From the IMG/VR virus record IMGVR_UViG_3300043568_000598, positions 21,431 through 85,430 of that record: a stretch of DNA of 64,000 bases, one strand, 5' to 3'. This DNA is from a virus. The notes below the pieces were generated by a model. The model was not told where the DNA came from. It ran no database searches and saw nothing but the letters and a program-made list of their open reading frames with translations. Below are positions 28,029 through 37,720 of the stretch, one piece after another. The position numbers and the translations under genes are program-made. Within the stretch, counting starts at the first letter, position 1; each line of letters begins with the position of its first letter.

Positions 28029-29915
28029 ATGGACGCAACAAACAACATCGCCACAGATTTATTCTACAAAGTACGTAGCCGCTTCTCCGGCCTAAAACTA
28101 GGTGCAGGTTCAGGGGAGATCACTATCAATCCAGAGCAAGCTAGGTTCTTTGATTTTGACTACACAGAAGGTCAAAATCCTATAGGACATGTCAGTATCA
28201 GCCTTGCAGAACCCAACTCTATGAAAGTGTATTTTTCTAATGGAATTACAGAAGGCATGGATGACGGGCAAAAAACAAACTGGTACGGCTTTTTGAAAGA
28301 ACTGCGTCAATTTGCCAAACGAAGATTATTAAGTTTTGACACACGTGATATTGCTAAAGATAATTTAGATAAACGAGATTACGAGTTCCTAAGTCAAAAT
28401 GCACAACCTAAACCACAGACAAATATGATACAGAAATCAGTCGGAGAAAGCCTAATGAGTGAAAGCACAATGTACGGTAGCAAAACAATGAGCTACCAAA
28501 AATTAATGGACACACGTCTAATTATTAAACACAGCCATGCAGTGATGGATGACACACAACCAGGTGCCAGAACTAGAAATATTAATGCCCTGTTTGTAGA
28601 GAATCAAGACGGTGAAAGATTTAAGTATCCTTTCATTCACTTAGCTGGTGCTAGAGCCATGCAGCGTCACGTGGCCAACGGCGGCTTACCTTACGACGAT
28701 CTAGGCAAGAGTATTACACAGATGAGCGAAGAGATTGCACAACTCAAGAGTTTCGGCAACTACGTAGTACGCAACGACCTAATGAACTCAGATACTAACT
28801 CTGTGGTCGAAAGAAGCACAGAATATCTAAATCATCTAAGAGAACAGATCAAGGCATTGAGCAAACAAAGCCATTACGAGGCATACAAAGAATCATTCCA
28901 AGCCTACGACAGCGAAGAAATTCCACAAGATGTAGTAGAAGATTTCAAACAAAAATTCACGGTCAGATCATTCAAAGAAGATATCGCAACTGTGTTTCCG
29001 GTCTTATACAGACTGATGAAAGAAGGAAGCACCATAGGCTATGACGACATAGTCGCTATGACACAAGAAGAAATCAACAACGAAGACCTAACGGTTGAAA
29101 CAGAAGACAACGATCCATTTGCTCAATTTGAAAATTGGGTCATGGGTCTAGGCGAAGATAGTGCAGTGACCAGTGAAGACCCCGACGAACAGGCAGCAGC
29201 ATTACAGGAACTACAAGAACTTGTAGGCCAGCATTTTCCAGCAGGCGTTGACGGAACTAACGCTATCGAGAGTCTCAAAGGCTTAATTGAAGATCCAGAA
29301 TTGTACAAACGAATTAAAGAACAAGCAGCACAAGATCCGGATGCATGTGTACGACCATTGATTAACGATTGGTTAGAATTTAATGCACCCGAAGCACTAG
29401 AACAGTTAGATTTTGGCGACATGGTGGATGACCCGGAAGCAGCCCAAGGAGGTGACCAAACTGCCCCGGAAGCGGAACCAGCACCAGTTGATCCAGCAGC
29501 AGCGGCTGTACCTGCAGAAGAACCAGTACCGCAAGAGGCTGTGGATCCCGACAATCCTAGGGACTACGAAAGACCAGCGATTGATCGTAAGAAGTCAGGC
29601 GAGCCACCGTTGACCATGAAAGATGTAGAATACAAAGACGACAAGCCCAAACGTGATTTCGAAAAGAGAAAGCAGAGGCTCAACACCGAAGAATTAGCAG
29701 AGTTTATCACATCATTTTATGATCGTGACACCGGCACATTCCCCAAAGGCCCAGAAGGCGTTGCTATCATGGTAGGTAAGAAATTTGGTGAACAGGCAGA
29801 ATCAGTGGCTCGTAGATTTGTAGAAAGAATGGCACCGAACCAGACAACTGATCAAAATCCAGAGTTGTCACGTATTAGAGAATTGTCAGGCATTAGCCAA
29901 GGCATTGGAATGTAA
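28029..29915 (+). CDS. Large acidic phage protein, putative head-associated
   Basis: 628 aa from ATG 28029 (5 nt after TAAATA); acidic Pro/Ala linker; ELSRIRELSGI near the end. Confidence 0.7.
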   Translation: MDATNNIATDLFYKVRSRFSGLKLGAGSGEITINPEQARFFDFDYTEGQNPIGHVSISLAEPNSMKVYFSNGITEGMDDGQKTNWYGFLKELRQFAKRRLLSFDTRDIAKDNLDKRDYEFLSQNAQPKPQTNMIQKSVGESLMSESTMYGSKTMSYQKLMDTRLIIKHSHAVMDDTQPGARTRNINALFVENQDGERFKYPFIHLAGARAMQRHVANGGLPYDDLGKSITQMSEEIAQLKSFGNYVVRNDLMNSDTNSVVERSTEYLNHLREQIKALSKQSHYEAYKESFQAYDSEEIPQDVVEDFKQKFTVRSFKEDIATVFPVLYRLMKEGSTIGYDDIVAMTQEEINNEDLTVETEDNDPFAQFENWVMGLGEDSAVTSEDPDEQAAALQELQELVGQHFPAGVDGTNAIESLKGLIEDPELYKRIKEQAAQDPDACVRPLINDWLEFNAPEALEQLDFGDMVDDPEAAQGGDQTAPEAEPAPVDPAAAAVPAEEPVPQEAVDPDNPRDYERPAIDRKKSGEPPLTMKDVEYKDDKPKRDFEKRKQRLNTEELAEFITSFYDRDTGTFPKGPEGVAIMVGKKFGEQAESVARRFVERMAPNQTTDQNPELSRIRELSGISQGIGM

Positions 29916-29936
29916 CAGTTTCGTCGCAGTTAGATC

Positions 29937-29960
29937 GGGCACTTCGGTGCCCTTTCTTTT
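29937..29960 (+). terminator. Rho-independent terminator with UUCG tetraloop
   Basis: gggcac-ttcg-gtgccc-tttctttt. Confidence 0.9.
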
Positions 29961-30066
29961 GGCTAAATGAAATCAAACTTTTGTGTAAACGTTTAGTCCT
30001 ACTAAAGCGTTATATATATACGTAGGGAATATTCTTTACGTAAAACAACCTAAAGGAAACTTTAAA

Positions 30067-30294
30067 ATGAAATCCATCGCAATCGTAGTAGCATCATTGT
30101 TCGCAGTATCGGCATTTGCACAAGCACCTGCAAAGAAAGAAGAAGCCAAGCCAGCAGCGCCAGCTGCTACAGCAAGTGCTCCAGCACCAGCTAAGGTAGA
30201 GGCTAAGAAGGACGAAAAGAAGCCTGCAAAAAGCGAACCTGCTAAGAAAGAGCCAGCTAAAGCAGACGCAAAAGCCGCTACTCCAGCGAAGTAA
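30067..30294 (+). CDS. Small exported Ala/Lys/Pro-rich protein
   Basis: AAAGGA Shine-Dalgarno; Sec signal MKSIAIVVASLFAVSAFA|Q followed by low-complexity sequence. Confidence 0.8.
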   Translation: MKSIAIVVASLFAVSAFAQAPAKKEEAKPAAPAATASAPAPAKVEAKKDEKKPAKSEPAKKEPAKADAKAATPAK

Positions 30295-30469
30295 TTTCGG
30301 ATTAGATGGCAGTGATCTCATCTTAGATGATGAGATCACATTTGGCCGTAATCGGCGAGCAGCAGAGTTCGGTAAGGTAGTTGAAGATGAGTTATCGGAC
30401 TATGTAAAGTTTAGATTATGGTTAGCAAGGCAATTAGCAATGGCAAAGTATAAGGAAAAGTGGGCATGA
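30200..30469 (+). other. Start-less 89-codon ORF in the +1 frame overlapping the end of 30067..30294
   Basis: Open between TAG 30197 and TGA 30467; distal part reads FGLDGSDLILDDEITFGRNRRAAEFGKVVEDELSDYVKFRLWLARQLAMAKYKEKWA; ends inside a terminator. Confidence 0.5.
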
Positions 30470-30484
30470 CCCGCTTTTTCTTTT
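30455..30484 (+). terminator. Rho-independent terminator
   Basis: gaaaagtggg-catga-cccgctttttc-tttt. Confidence 0.7.
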
Positions 30485-30517
30485 GGTAAAATGAATCAAA
30501 AAAATAGCAGATAATCA

Positions 30518-30546
30518 TTGACCTTGATAAATAAAAAGCGCATAAT
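30518..30546 (+). promoter_or_regulatory. Composite sigma70 + late promoter for the ssDNA-binding protein gene
   Basis: TTGACC-N17-CATAAT with TAAATA (30528-30533) inside the spacer. Confidence 0.65.
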
Positions 30547-30603
30547 AAAACATGTGCATAAGGCATATAAAACATTTTAGGCATAACATAGGAGGCATTT
30601 AAA

Positions 30604-31572
30604 ATGGCGTCACTCGCAGAAATCCGTGCTAAACTTCAAGAAGCACAATCAAAGTCCACAGGACAATCCACCGGCGGTGGAGACAACGCAATTTACCCAC
30701 ATTGGAACATGCAAGAAGGCAAAGAAGCTGTCGTACGTTTCTTACCTGATGGCAATCCCAACAACACATTCTTCTGGGTAGAACGTGCAATGATCAAATT
30801 GCCGTTTGCAGGTATCAAAGGTGAAACAGACAGTAGGTCAGTACAAGTACAAGTTCCTTGTGTGGAAATGTACAACGACGGCACAGTTTGCCCAATCCTT
30901 TCAGAAGTTCGTGGTTGGTTCAAAGACAAGAGTCTTGAAGAAATGGGTCGTAAGTATTGGAAAAAGCGTTCATACATTTTCCAAGGCTTTGTGGTTGAAG
31001 ATCCACTCAAGGAAGATAAACTTCCAGACAATCCTATCCGTAGATTTATTATCGGTCCCCAGATTTACGCTATCATCCGTTCAGCATTGATGGATCCGGA
31101 ATTGGATGAGTTGCCAACAGACTTCTTGAAAGGTCTGGACTTCCGTATTGCTAAGACATCTAAAGGTGGCTTCGCTGACTACTCTACTTCAAAGTGGAGC
31201 CGTCGTGAGCGTTCATTGACTGATGTCGAATCAGCGGCAGTAGAAGCACATGGTCTTTTTGATCTCAGCGGATTCTTGCCAAAGAAACCCACTGATGTAG
31301 AACTCAAGGTCATGAAAGAAATGTTTGAAGCTTCCGTTGATGGTGAAGCCTATGACATGGATCGTTGGGGTCAATACTTCAAACCAGCAGGCATGAGTCA
31401 AGCCACTGGTGATCCTAATAGACCAGCAGCCGCTGCCGCCTCTGTGCCAGACGCTGATGACGAACCAGCTCCTGTAGCCAAAGCTGCTCCAGCAGCCGCT
31501 CCAGCAGCTTCAACAGAATCTGCCAGTCGTGCGCAAGACATCCTTGCCATGATTCGCAATCGTCAGAAGTAA
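30604..31572 (+). CDS. Single-stranded DNA-binding protein (T4 gp32-like)
   Basis: VRFLPD, CPI, YWKKRSY, GLDF...KT.KGG.ADYSTS; Ala-rich/acidic tail; AGGAGG Shine-Dalgarno. Confidence 0.88.
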   Translation: MASLAEIRAKLQEAQSKSTGQSTGGGDNAIYPHWNMQEGKEAVVRFLPDGNPNNTFFWVERAMIKLPFAGIKGETDSRSVQVQVPCVEMYNDGTVCPILSEVRGWFKDKSLEEMGRKYWKKRSYIFQGFVVEDPLKEDKLPDNPIRRFIIGPQIYAIIRSALMDPELDELPTDFLKGLDFRIAKTSKGGFADYSTSKWSRRERSLTDVESAAVEAHGLFDLSGFLPKKPTDVELKVMKEMFEASVDGEAYDMDRWGQYFKPAGMSQATGDPNRPAAAAASVPDADDEPAPVAKAAPAAAPAASTESASRAQDILAMIRNRQK

Positions 31573-31583
31573 TTAGACTAAAC

Positions 31584-31611
31584 ATAGAGTGTGGGGCAAC
31601 TCACACTCTAT
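31584..31611 (+). terminator. Stable hairpin (GCAA tetraloop) after gp32; terminator or processing site
   Basis: atagagtgtggg-gcaa-ctcacactctat followed by ttctc. Confidence 0.7.
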
Positions 31612-31633
31612 TTCTCAACAGGGCAAAAAAATA

Positions 31634-32713
31634 ATGGCAAAAGCATTTGATATTTCTAAATTTAGAAAGTCAATCACTAAATCTATCGACGGTTTAAGTA
31701 TTGGCTTCAACGACCCAACCGATTGGGTTAGTACAAACAACTACGCATTAAACTATCTTATCAGCGGAGACTTTAAACGTGGTATTCCACTAGGCAAGGT
31801 AACTGTGTTTGCTGGTGAAAGTGGTGCAGGTAAATCATTTATCTGTTCAGGCAACCTAGTCAAGAATGCACAAGCACAAGGCATCTTTCCAATCTTAATT
31901 GATACAGAAAACGCACTTGATGAAAAGTGGTTACACGCACTTGACGTCGACACAAGCCCAGACAAGTTGTTAAAACTTAACATGGCCATGATTGACGATG
32001 TGGCAAAGACTATTACAGAATTTGTGGCGGAATATAAAACAATGCCCGAAGACGAGCGTCCTAAAGTATTGTTCATTATCGACAGTCTTGGAATGTTACT
32101 GACTCCCACTGATGTTAACCAGTTTCAAGCCGGGGATCTTAAAGGTGACATGGGTCGTAAACCTAAAGCACTAACAGCACTTGTTCGTAACTGTGTAAAC
32201 ATGTTTGGTAGTCTAGGCATTGGGCTGGTAGCAACTAATCACACATACGCAAGTCAGGATATGTTTGACCCAGATGACAAGATCAGTGGTGGTCAAGGTT
32301 TCATTTATGCAAGCTCAATCGTAGTTGCTATGCGTAAATTAAAACTAAAACTTGATGCAGATGGCAATAAGACCACAACTGTGCAAGGTATCCGTGCAGC
32401 TTGCAAGATCATGAAAACTCGTTACGCAAAGCCGTTTGAAAGTGTACAGGTTGAGATTCCTTATGAAACAGGTATGAGTCCATATAGTGGATTAGTCGAC
32501 TTGTTCGAAGCCAAAGGCATGCTCAAGAAAGAAGGTAACAGCCTTGTCTACACTACTAAAGACGGTGAGATCATCAAGCAGTTCCGCAAGGCTTGGGAAC
32601 GCAATGAGAAAGACGGCTTAGACATTGCCATGGAAGACATTTCAAAACATGGCGAAATTTCCGCTTCAGAGATAACTACTATTGTTGAACCTGAAACGGA
32701 GATTACTGAATGA
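31634..32713 (+). CDS. uvsX: RecA-like recombinase UvsX
   Basis: AGESGAGKS, IDTENA, IIDSLG, TNHTY, ISGG; start at MAKAFD. Confidence 0.93.
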   Translation: MAKAFDISKFRKSITKSIDGLSIGFNDPTDWVSTNNYALNYLISGDFKRGIPLGKVTVFAGESGAGKSFICSGNLVKNAQAQGIFPILIDTENALDEKWLHALDVDTSPDKLLKLNMAMIDDVAKTITEFVAEYKTMPEDERPKVLFIIDSLGMLLTPTDVNQFQAGDLKGDMGRKPKALTALVRNCVNMFGSLGIGLVATNHTYASQDMFDPDDKISGGQGFIYASSIVVAMRKLKLKLDADGNKTTTVQGIRAACKIMKTRYAKPFESVQVEIPYETGMSPYSGLVDLFEAKGMLKKEGNSLVYTTKDGEIIKQFRKAWERNEKDGLDIAMEDISKHGEISASEITTIVEPETEITE

Positions 32714-32943
32714 AAGAAGATTTAATTGCCGACTTATGGCATGTGGTAATTGGGCATATACCTGAAAAACAAAGGCCAGATGTGGCCACTGATTTTGTAA
32801 ACACACTGTTGGACTACGGTATCAAAGAAAGTGTATTGGACAGCCTGCAAGGAGTAGATCCCTTTCTTGACGAAGCTATCACATATGCTATCGACGGTGA
32901 AGAGATTGAAGACGATGCCGACAGCTACGACGAAGAGGAATAA
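32710..32943 (+). CDS. Hypothetical acidic protein
   Basis: 77 aa, ATGA-coupled to uvsX. Confidence 0.75.
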   Translation: MKEDLIADLWHVVIGHIPEKQRPDVATDFVNTLLDYGIKESVLDSLQGVDPFLDEAITYAIDGEEIEDDADSYDEEE

Positions 32944-33399
32944 ATGAATTGGTACGACAAGGTTAGTAAAGATATAAGCAACATTCCAGATGCTGCGGCC
33001 TATTATGAAGCTGAGTTAATCGAAGCAAAACAAGATGTCCGCATAGCGGGTAACATCGAGAAGGCAAGTTCGCAAATGCCCGGCATCGTGGAAGAACGCT
33101 TTAATCAACTTCAAGAAATTGAAGGTATCCTTGAGTACTTAAACATTGAACTTCGTAGACTTCGCAGTCAACATTTTCGCAAGTATTTAGAAAACTATCA
33201 ACGAGCTTTATCTTCTAGGGACTGTGAAAAGTTCGTAGAAGGTGAAGCTGACGTTGTAGATTTTGAAAAGATCATCAACGATTTTGCCCTACTACGTAAC
33301 AAGTGGTTGGGTATTATCAAAGCACTGGATCAAAAACAGTGGCATTTAAGTAACATTGTTAAACTACGAGTATCTGGGTTAGAAGACGCCAGTCTTTAA
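32944..33399 (+). CDS. uvsY: Recombination mediator, UvsY-like
   Basis: Helical; KY.ENY.RAL, KALDQKQW.L.NIVKLR; follows uvsX. Confidence 0.75.
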   Translation: MNWYDKVSKDISNIPDAAAYYEAELIEAKQDVRIAGNIEKASSQMPGIVEERFNQLQEIEGILEYLNIELRRLRSQHFRKYLENYQRALSSRDCEKFVEGEADVVDFEKIINDFALLRNKWLGIIKALDQKQWHLSNIVKLRVSGLEDASL

Positions 33400-33430
33400 T
33401 GCTGGGTAATATACGCAGATAAATATCTGC

Positions 33431-34198
33431 ATGAAACGCATTGTACTAATCACAGGGGGTTTCGATCCCCTTCATTCTGGGCACATCGCCTATATCAACG
33501 CAGCTAAAGAACTTGGCGATTCGTTAATCGTCGGAGTTAATTCTGATGAGTGGTTACGCCGAAAGAAAGGGCAAGAATTTATGCCCTGGGAAGAACGTGC
33601 ATCTATCATTGCCGCACTTCACTATGTTGATCGAGTTATTAACTTTGACGACAGCGATAACAGCGCCAAAGACGCCATTAAGAAAGTCAGAGCAATTCAT
33701 CCAACAGCTCAGATAATCTTTGCCAACGGCGGAGATCGAACAAAAGAAAACATCCCAGAGATGGATCTACTTCAAGAAATGCTTCACTTAGACTTTGTGT
33801 TTGGAGTTGGCGGCGAAGATAAAAAAAATTCTAGTAGTTGGATTTTACAAGAATGGAAAGCACCTAAGACAGAACGTCCGTGGGGCTACTATCGTGTATT
33901 ACACGAAGTACCAGGAATGAAAGTAAAGGAACTTACTGTTAATCCTGGGTGCAGTTTAAGTATGCAACGGCATCAACATAGATCGGAATATTGGATTGTA
34001 AGTGAAGGCAACTGTGCAGTAAATAGTACAATGCCTAACGGTTATGCACTTCCAAGTAAACAACTGTCAATACACGATGAATTTAAAATACCAGTGCATG
34101 ATTGGCATCAGTTAACTAATCCGTATACTACACCTTGTAGAATTGTAGAAATACAATACGGTGAACAATGTGTTGAAGAGGATATAGAAAGAAAATGA
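33431..34198 (+). CDS. Cytidylyl/nucleotidyltransferase (HxGH) fused to a mannose-6-P-isomerase-type cupin
   Basis: TGGFDPLHSGH, GVNSD, FANGGDR, KNSSS; then RPWG, LSMQRH.HRSEYW, HQL.N, IVEIQYG. Confidence 0.88.
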   Translation: MKRIVLITGGFDPLHSGHIAYINAAKELGDSLIVGVNSDEWLRRKKGQEFMPWEERASIIAALHYVDRVINFDDSDNSAKDAIKKVRAIHPTAQIIFANGGDRTKENIPEMDLLQEMLHLDFVFGVGGEDKKNSSSWILQEWKAPKTERPWGYYRVLHEVPGMKVKELTVNPGCSLSMQRHQHRSEYWIVSEGNCAVNSTMPNGYALPSKQLSIHDEFKIPVHDWHQLTNPYTTPCRIVEIQYGEQCVEEDIERK

Positions 34199-34875
34199 TT
34201 AATATTTTTATCGGGTACGACCCGCGAGAAGCTATTGCATTTCATGTGTGTACTAACAGTATTATTAGACATTCTAGTAAACCCGTAGCTATAACTCCGC
34301 TTGCTTTAAAGAACATGCAAGACTATGAAGAAAAACACACCGACGGTAGTAATCAATTTATCTATAGTCGTTTCCTTGTTCCACATCTTATGGAATATAA
34401 AGGATGGGCAATCTTTATGGACGGCGATATGCTGTTACGTGATGACATCGAAAAACTATGGGCGTTGAGAGATGAGTCAAAGGCGGTTATGGTTGTCAAG
34501 CACGACTATAAAACTAAGATGACAGAAAAGTATCTAGGGTCAAAGAACGAAGACTATCCTAGAAAAAATTGGTCAAGCGTCATCCTCTGGAACTGCGAAC
34601 ACGCTGCAAATAAAGTAGTTACTACTGAGTTTATAGAGAATGCCACTGGCGCACAGTTACATAGATTTACATGGTTAACCGATGATCTAATTGGAGAACT
34701 TCCTGCTGAATGGAATTGGTTGGATGTAGAATATGATCGTAACCCGTTAGCAAAATTAGTTCATTATACGTTAGGTACTCCATGTTTTCATGAGTTCGCT
34801 GACCAAGGAGATTTTGCAAACGAATGGCATAGAGAAAGGCTCTATGTTGATTACTGTTTACAGCGCGGCTTATGA
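34195..34875 (+). CDS. Glycosyltransferase, GT-A (GT8-like)
   Basis: IFIGYDPRE, SRFLVP, FMDGD, YPRKNWSS, EWNWL, HYTLGTP. Confidence 0.85.
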   Translation: MINIFIGYDPREAIAFHVCTNSIIRHSSKPVAITPLALKNMQDYEEKHTDGSNQFIYSRFLVPHLMEYKGWAIFMDGDMLLRDDIEKLWALRDESKAVMVVKHDYKTKMTEKYLGSKNEDYPRKNWSSVILWNCEHAANKVVTTEFIENATGAQLHRFTWLTDDLIGELPAEWNWLDVEYDRNPLAKLVHYTLGTPCFHEFADQGDFANEWHRERLYVDYCLQRGL

Positions 34876-35669
34876 TATTTCTCAGCAAGAACGGCGAAGA
34901 TCCGTATATTAACATGTTTGCACAAGGCTGTAAGACTAAATTTACAGCAACTGATAATTTTCAATACAGCAGCAGTCAAGATCCTATTGTGCTGAGAGGC
35001 ATTCTTAAAAAGAAAATAATTCATAAGTGTTGGGAAGATCAACGTGATTTCTATTATATGGATACAGGTTATTTCGGTAACGAGATCACAGATTCTAATC
35101 CCAACGGATGGAAGTACTGGCATCGCATAGTAAAAAATGATCTACAGCATAACACTGTGATAAAGCGACCCGATGACAGGTTCCGTCATTTTAATAAAAA
35201 AATACACGAATGGAAGCCGCCTGGTAGAAAAATATTGATTGCGAAACCTGACGACAAACCCATGAGATTTTACGACTACGATATGCAGACATGGCTGGAT
35301 CATGTAGTGTCAACTATTAAACAGCATACCGATCGTCCGATAGAAATTCGTGATCGTGCAGCTAAAAGATTAGATCGAATGGTTACTAATACACTTCAAG
35401 AGGCACTAGATGACGATGTGTTTGCTCTAGTGACTTTCAACAGTGTAGCAGCCACAGAAGCTGTGTTTTATGGCGTTCCTGTTTTTACGTTAGCCCCTTC
35501 AAACGCAGCAGCTCCAATGGGACTACAAGATCTCAGTTTGATAGAAACTCCTCGGTACCCGGACACAGATGAGAGATACCAGTGGGCCTGCCATTTGGCT
35601 TACGGGCAGTTTCACAACAGCGAGTTATCTTCCGGACGTGCATTAGAATTATTACAGAAGAATTTTTAA
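34872..35669 (+). CDS. KpsS/KpsC-like (capsule synthesis, GT-B) glycosyltransferase, paralogue 1
   Basis: YMDTGY, WHRI..N.LQH, ILI..P, TDRPI.IR, VTFNS.AA.EA..GVPV, LAYGQF. Confidence 0.6.
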   Translation: MIFLSKNGEDPYINMFAQGCKTKFTATDNFQYSSSQDPIVLRGILKKKIIHKCWEDQRDFYYMDTGYFGNEITDSNPNGWKYWHRIVKNDLQHNTVIKRPDDRFRHFNKKIHEWKPPGRKILIAKPDDKPMRFYDYDMQTWLDHVVSTIKQHTDRPIEIRDRAAKRLDRMVTNTLQEALDDDVFALVTFNSVAATEAVFYGVPVFTLAPSNAAAPMGLQDLSLIETPRYPDTDERYQWACHLAYGQFHNSELSSGRALELLQKNF

Positions 35670-35672
35670 AAT

Positions 35673-36779
35673 ATGAAAGCACTAATAAGCGACAAAGAGA
35701 TAGCAAATTTTTTAGTGACACTGATTACTAAAAGTTTCAGTGACGCTGATATAGAAACTGCGTTATCTCTAGAATACAATGAGCAAGAACTAGGTAATGA
35801 AATTTTAAATGTCATTGAAAAACGAGATTCTGGAAAACTACACAAGTTCAAAGATAAGATAAAAGGAAAACTGCACTCAGCAGTAAGCAACGATCTACGA
35901 GCACATGTTAATAAACTTCAAAATTTTTTAGACGGTACCCGCAAGAGAAAAGAATATGTTATTAGAAAAAATATTACAGCGATTATAGAAACCTTAGGTG
36001 CTGACAATATTCTGCAATTATACAAAGACAGCAATGAACAAGGATTTGTTAAATCAACAGCATTGCACATTGACTCGAATACAGAGTTAGTTAGGCGGTC
36101 AGTTTATCAAGAATCCGCCGAAACATGCTTTTTTAGAAACATGGACGGTAATGAACAAATGTTACTGTCGAGAATGGGAGGAGGGCATCCATTCTGGTTT
36201 ATTGATACAGGGTATACAAACTTTTTACACGGAAAACAGAAAGTATGGCATCGATTGGTTAGAAATAACTTGCACCATTCGGCAATGTTTAATCCCCCAG
36301 TAGATAGGTTGGGAATTTTTGAATCGTTTCCACAATCTTGGAGAGAAGGCGGTGATAAAATTTTAATTATAGAACCCGGCGGATTTTCTGCAAGAACGTT
36401 TGGTATTGATATCGCCCAGTGGAAAAAAGAAGTCGAAGTTGAAATTAGAAAATATACTGACAAAAAAATAGTTATTAGAGAAAAACTAAGTAAGAAAGTT
36501 AGACAAAATCTATATAAAGAATTGTGCGACGATGATTACTATTGTGTTATAAACATCAATTCAAATGCTGCTACAGAAGCAGTGTGGGCTGGCGTACCTA
36601 TAATCACACTTGATAAACATATTACTAATTCAATTAGTCGATCAAAGATTTCGGAAATAAATGATCTTGCAAGACCTCATCTTGCCAACTGGTTGTGTAC
36701 GCTCAGTTACAGCCAATTTACCTATGATGAATTAATAGACGGTACTGCATCAACAATAGTAAAAAAATATCATGTCTAA
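35673..36779 (+). CDS. KpsS-like glycosyltransferase, paralogue 2, with N-terminal extension
   Basis: FIDTGY, WHRLVRNNLHH, TDKKIVIR, INSNAATEA..AGVP, LSYSQF. Confidence 0.6.
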   Translation: MKALISDKEIANFLVTLITKSFSDADIETALSLEYNEQELGNEILNVIEKRDSGKLHKFKDKIKGKLHSAVSNDLRAHVNKLQNFLDGTRKRKEYVIRKNITAIIETLGADNILQLYKDSNEQGFVKSTALHIDSNTELVRRSVYQESAETCFFRNMDGNEQMLLSRMGGGHPFWFIDTGYTNFLHGKQKVWHRLVRNNLHHSAMFNPPVDRLGIFESFPQSWREGGDKILIIEPGGFSARTFGIDIAQWKKEVEVEIRKYTDKKIVIREKLSKKVRQNLYKELCDDDYYCVININSNAATEAVWAGVPIITLDKHITNSISRSKISEINDLARPHLANWLCTLSYSQFTYDELIDGTASTIVKKYHV

Positions 36780-37716
36780 ATATACTGCTGTTGCATACTT
36801 TAGCGGAATCCCCCCTAATAATACTAATCAAGAAAAACCGTTAATTTTAACTAATTTCTGCCAAGGTGTTACGGCATCGGGCGACACTGGAATTTTACAT
36901 AAGGGCATGGATGCGATTCCCTGCGATGTAGCATTAATTCAGGGATTTGTACACGAGCACGGCAAAGATGCACCTCATCTTAGATTAAGAAGAGCGGCCA
37001 TAGATCTACAAAAAACAAATAACAAACGATCGTTAATCGTCGACAGCAGCTTGTTCCTTTATACAAATAAAGCAAATCCTTTACACTATCTTAGATATAG
37101 TTTTGATGGAGTATTCCCAACAACAGGTTTTTATTTCGATACCGAGACTGATCCTAGCCGCTGGCAAAAAATCAGTAATAATTTAAATTTAAGTTTAAAA
37201 GACTATCGATCTCAAGGTAACCATATATTGATTTGCCTACAGCGAAATGGCGGGTGGAGTATGGCAGGCCTCGACGTTCAAGATTGGGCTATACAGGTTG
37301 TTAACACATTAAGACAATACACAGACCGTCCTATTGTTATTCGAGCTCACCCCGGCGATAAAGCAGCACGTGATTATCTCGATCCTAGAAGCCCTAAATG
37401 TAAAATAAAATTTTCTAAAGCAGTTAGGCTCAGTACTAATGTAGACTTAGTAGATGATCTTAAAAATTGTTGGGCAGCAGTTAATTATAATTCTAGTCCC
37501 GTTGTAGGAGCGGCAATAGAGGGTGTTCCTATCTTTGTTATGGATCCACTCAATAGTCAATGTGCAGAAATTGCCAACACTGATCTAGCGAAAATTGAAA
37601 CACCAAACATGCCGGATAGACAGCCATGGGTTGAAAGAATCAGCATGTTTCACTGGAATTTTCAAGAACTGGTTAGTGGAGAGTGCTGGCAGCACATACG
37701 TAAGTTTATTAAATAA
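36772..37716 (+). CDS. KpsS-like glycosyltransferase, paralogue 3
   Basis: ILICLQ, TDRPIVIRAHP, NYNSSP.V.A.IEGVP. Confidence 0.62.
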   Translation: MSKYTAVAYFSGIPPNNTNQEKPLILTNFCQGVTASGDTGILHKGMDAIPCDVALIQGFVHEHGKDAPHLRLRRAAIDLQKTNNKRSLIVDSSLFLYTNKANPLHYLRYSFDGVFPTTGFYFDTETDPSRWQKISNNLNLSLKDYRSQGNHILICLQRNGGWSMAGLDVQDWAIQVVNTLRQYTDRPIVIRAHPGDKAARDYLDPRSPKCKIKFSKAVRLSTNVDLVDDLKNCWAAVNYNSSPVVGAAIEGVPIFVMDPLNSQCAEIANTDLAKIETPNMPDRQPWVERISMFHWNFQELVSGECWQHIRKFIK

Positions 37717-37720
37717 CTTA

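Noticed and set aside
29916-30066. tRNA or other known ncRNA in intergenic gaps
   Set aside because: Only simple hairpins; no cloverleaf or T-loop consensus seen by eye. A covariance-model scan was not possible.
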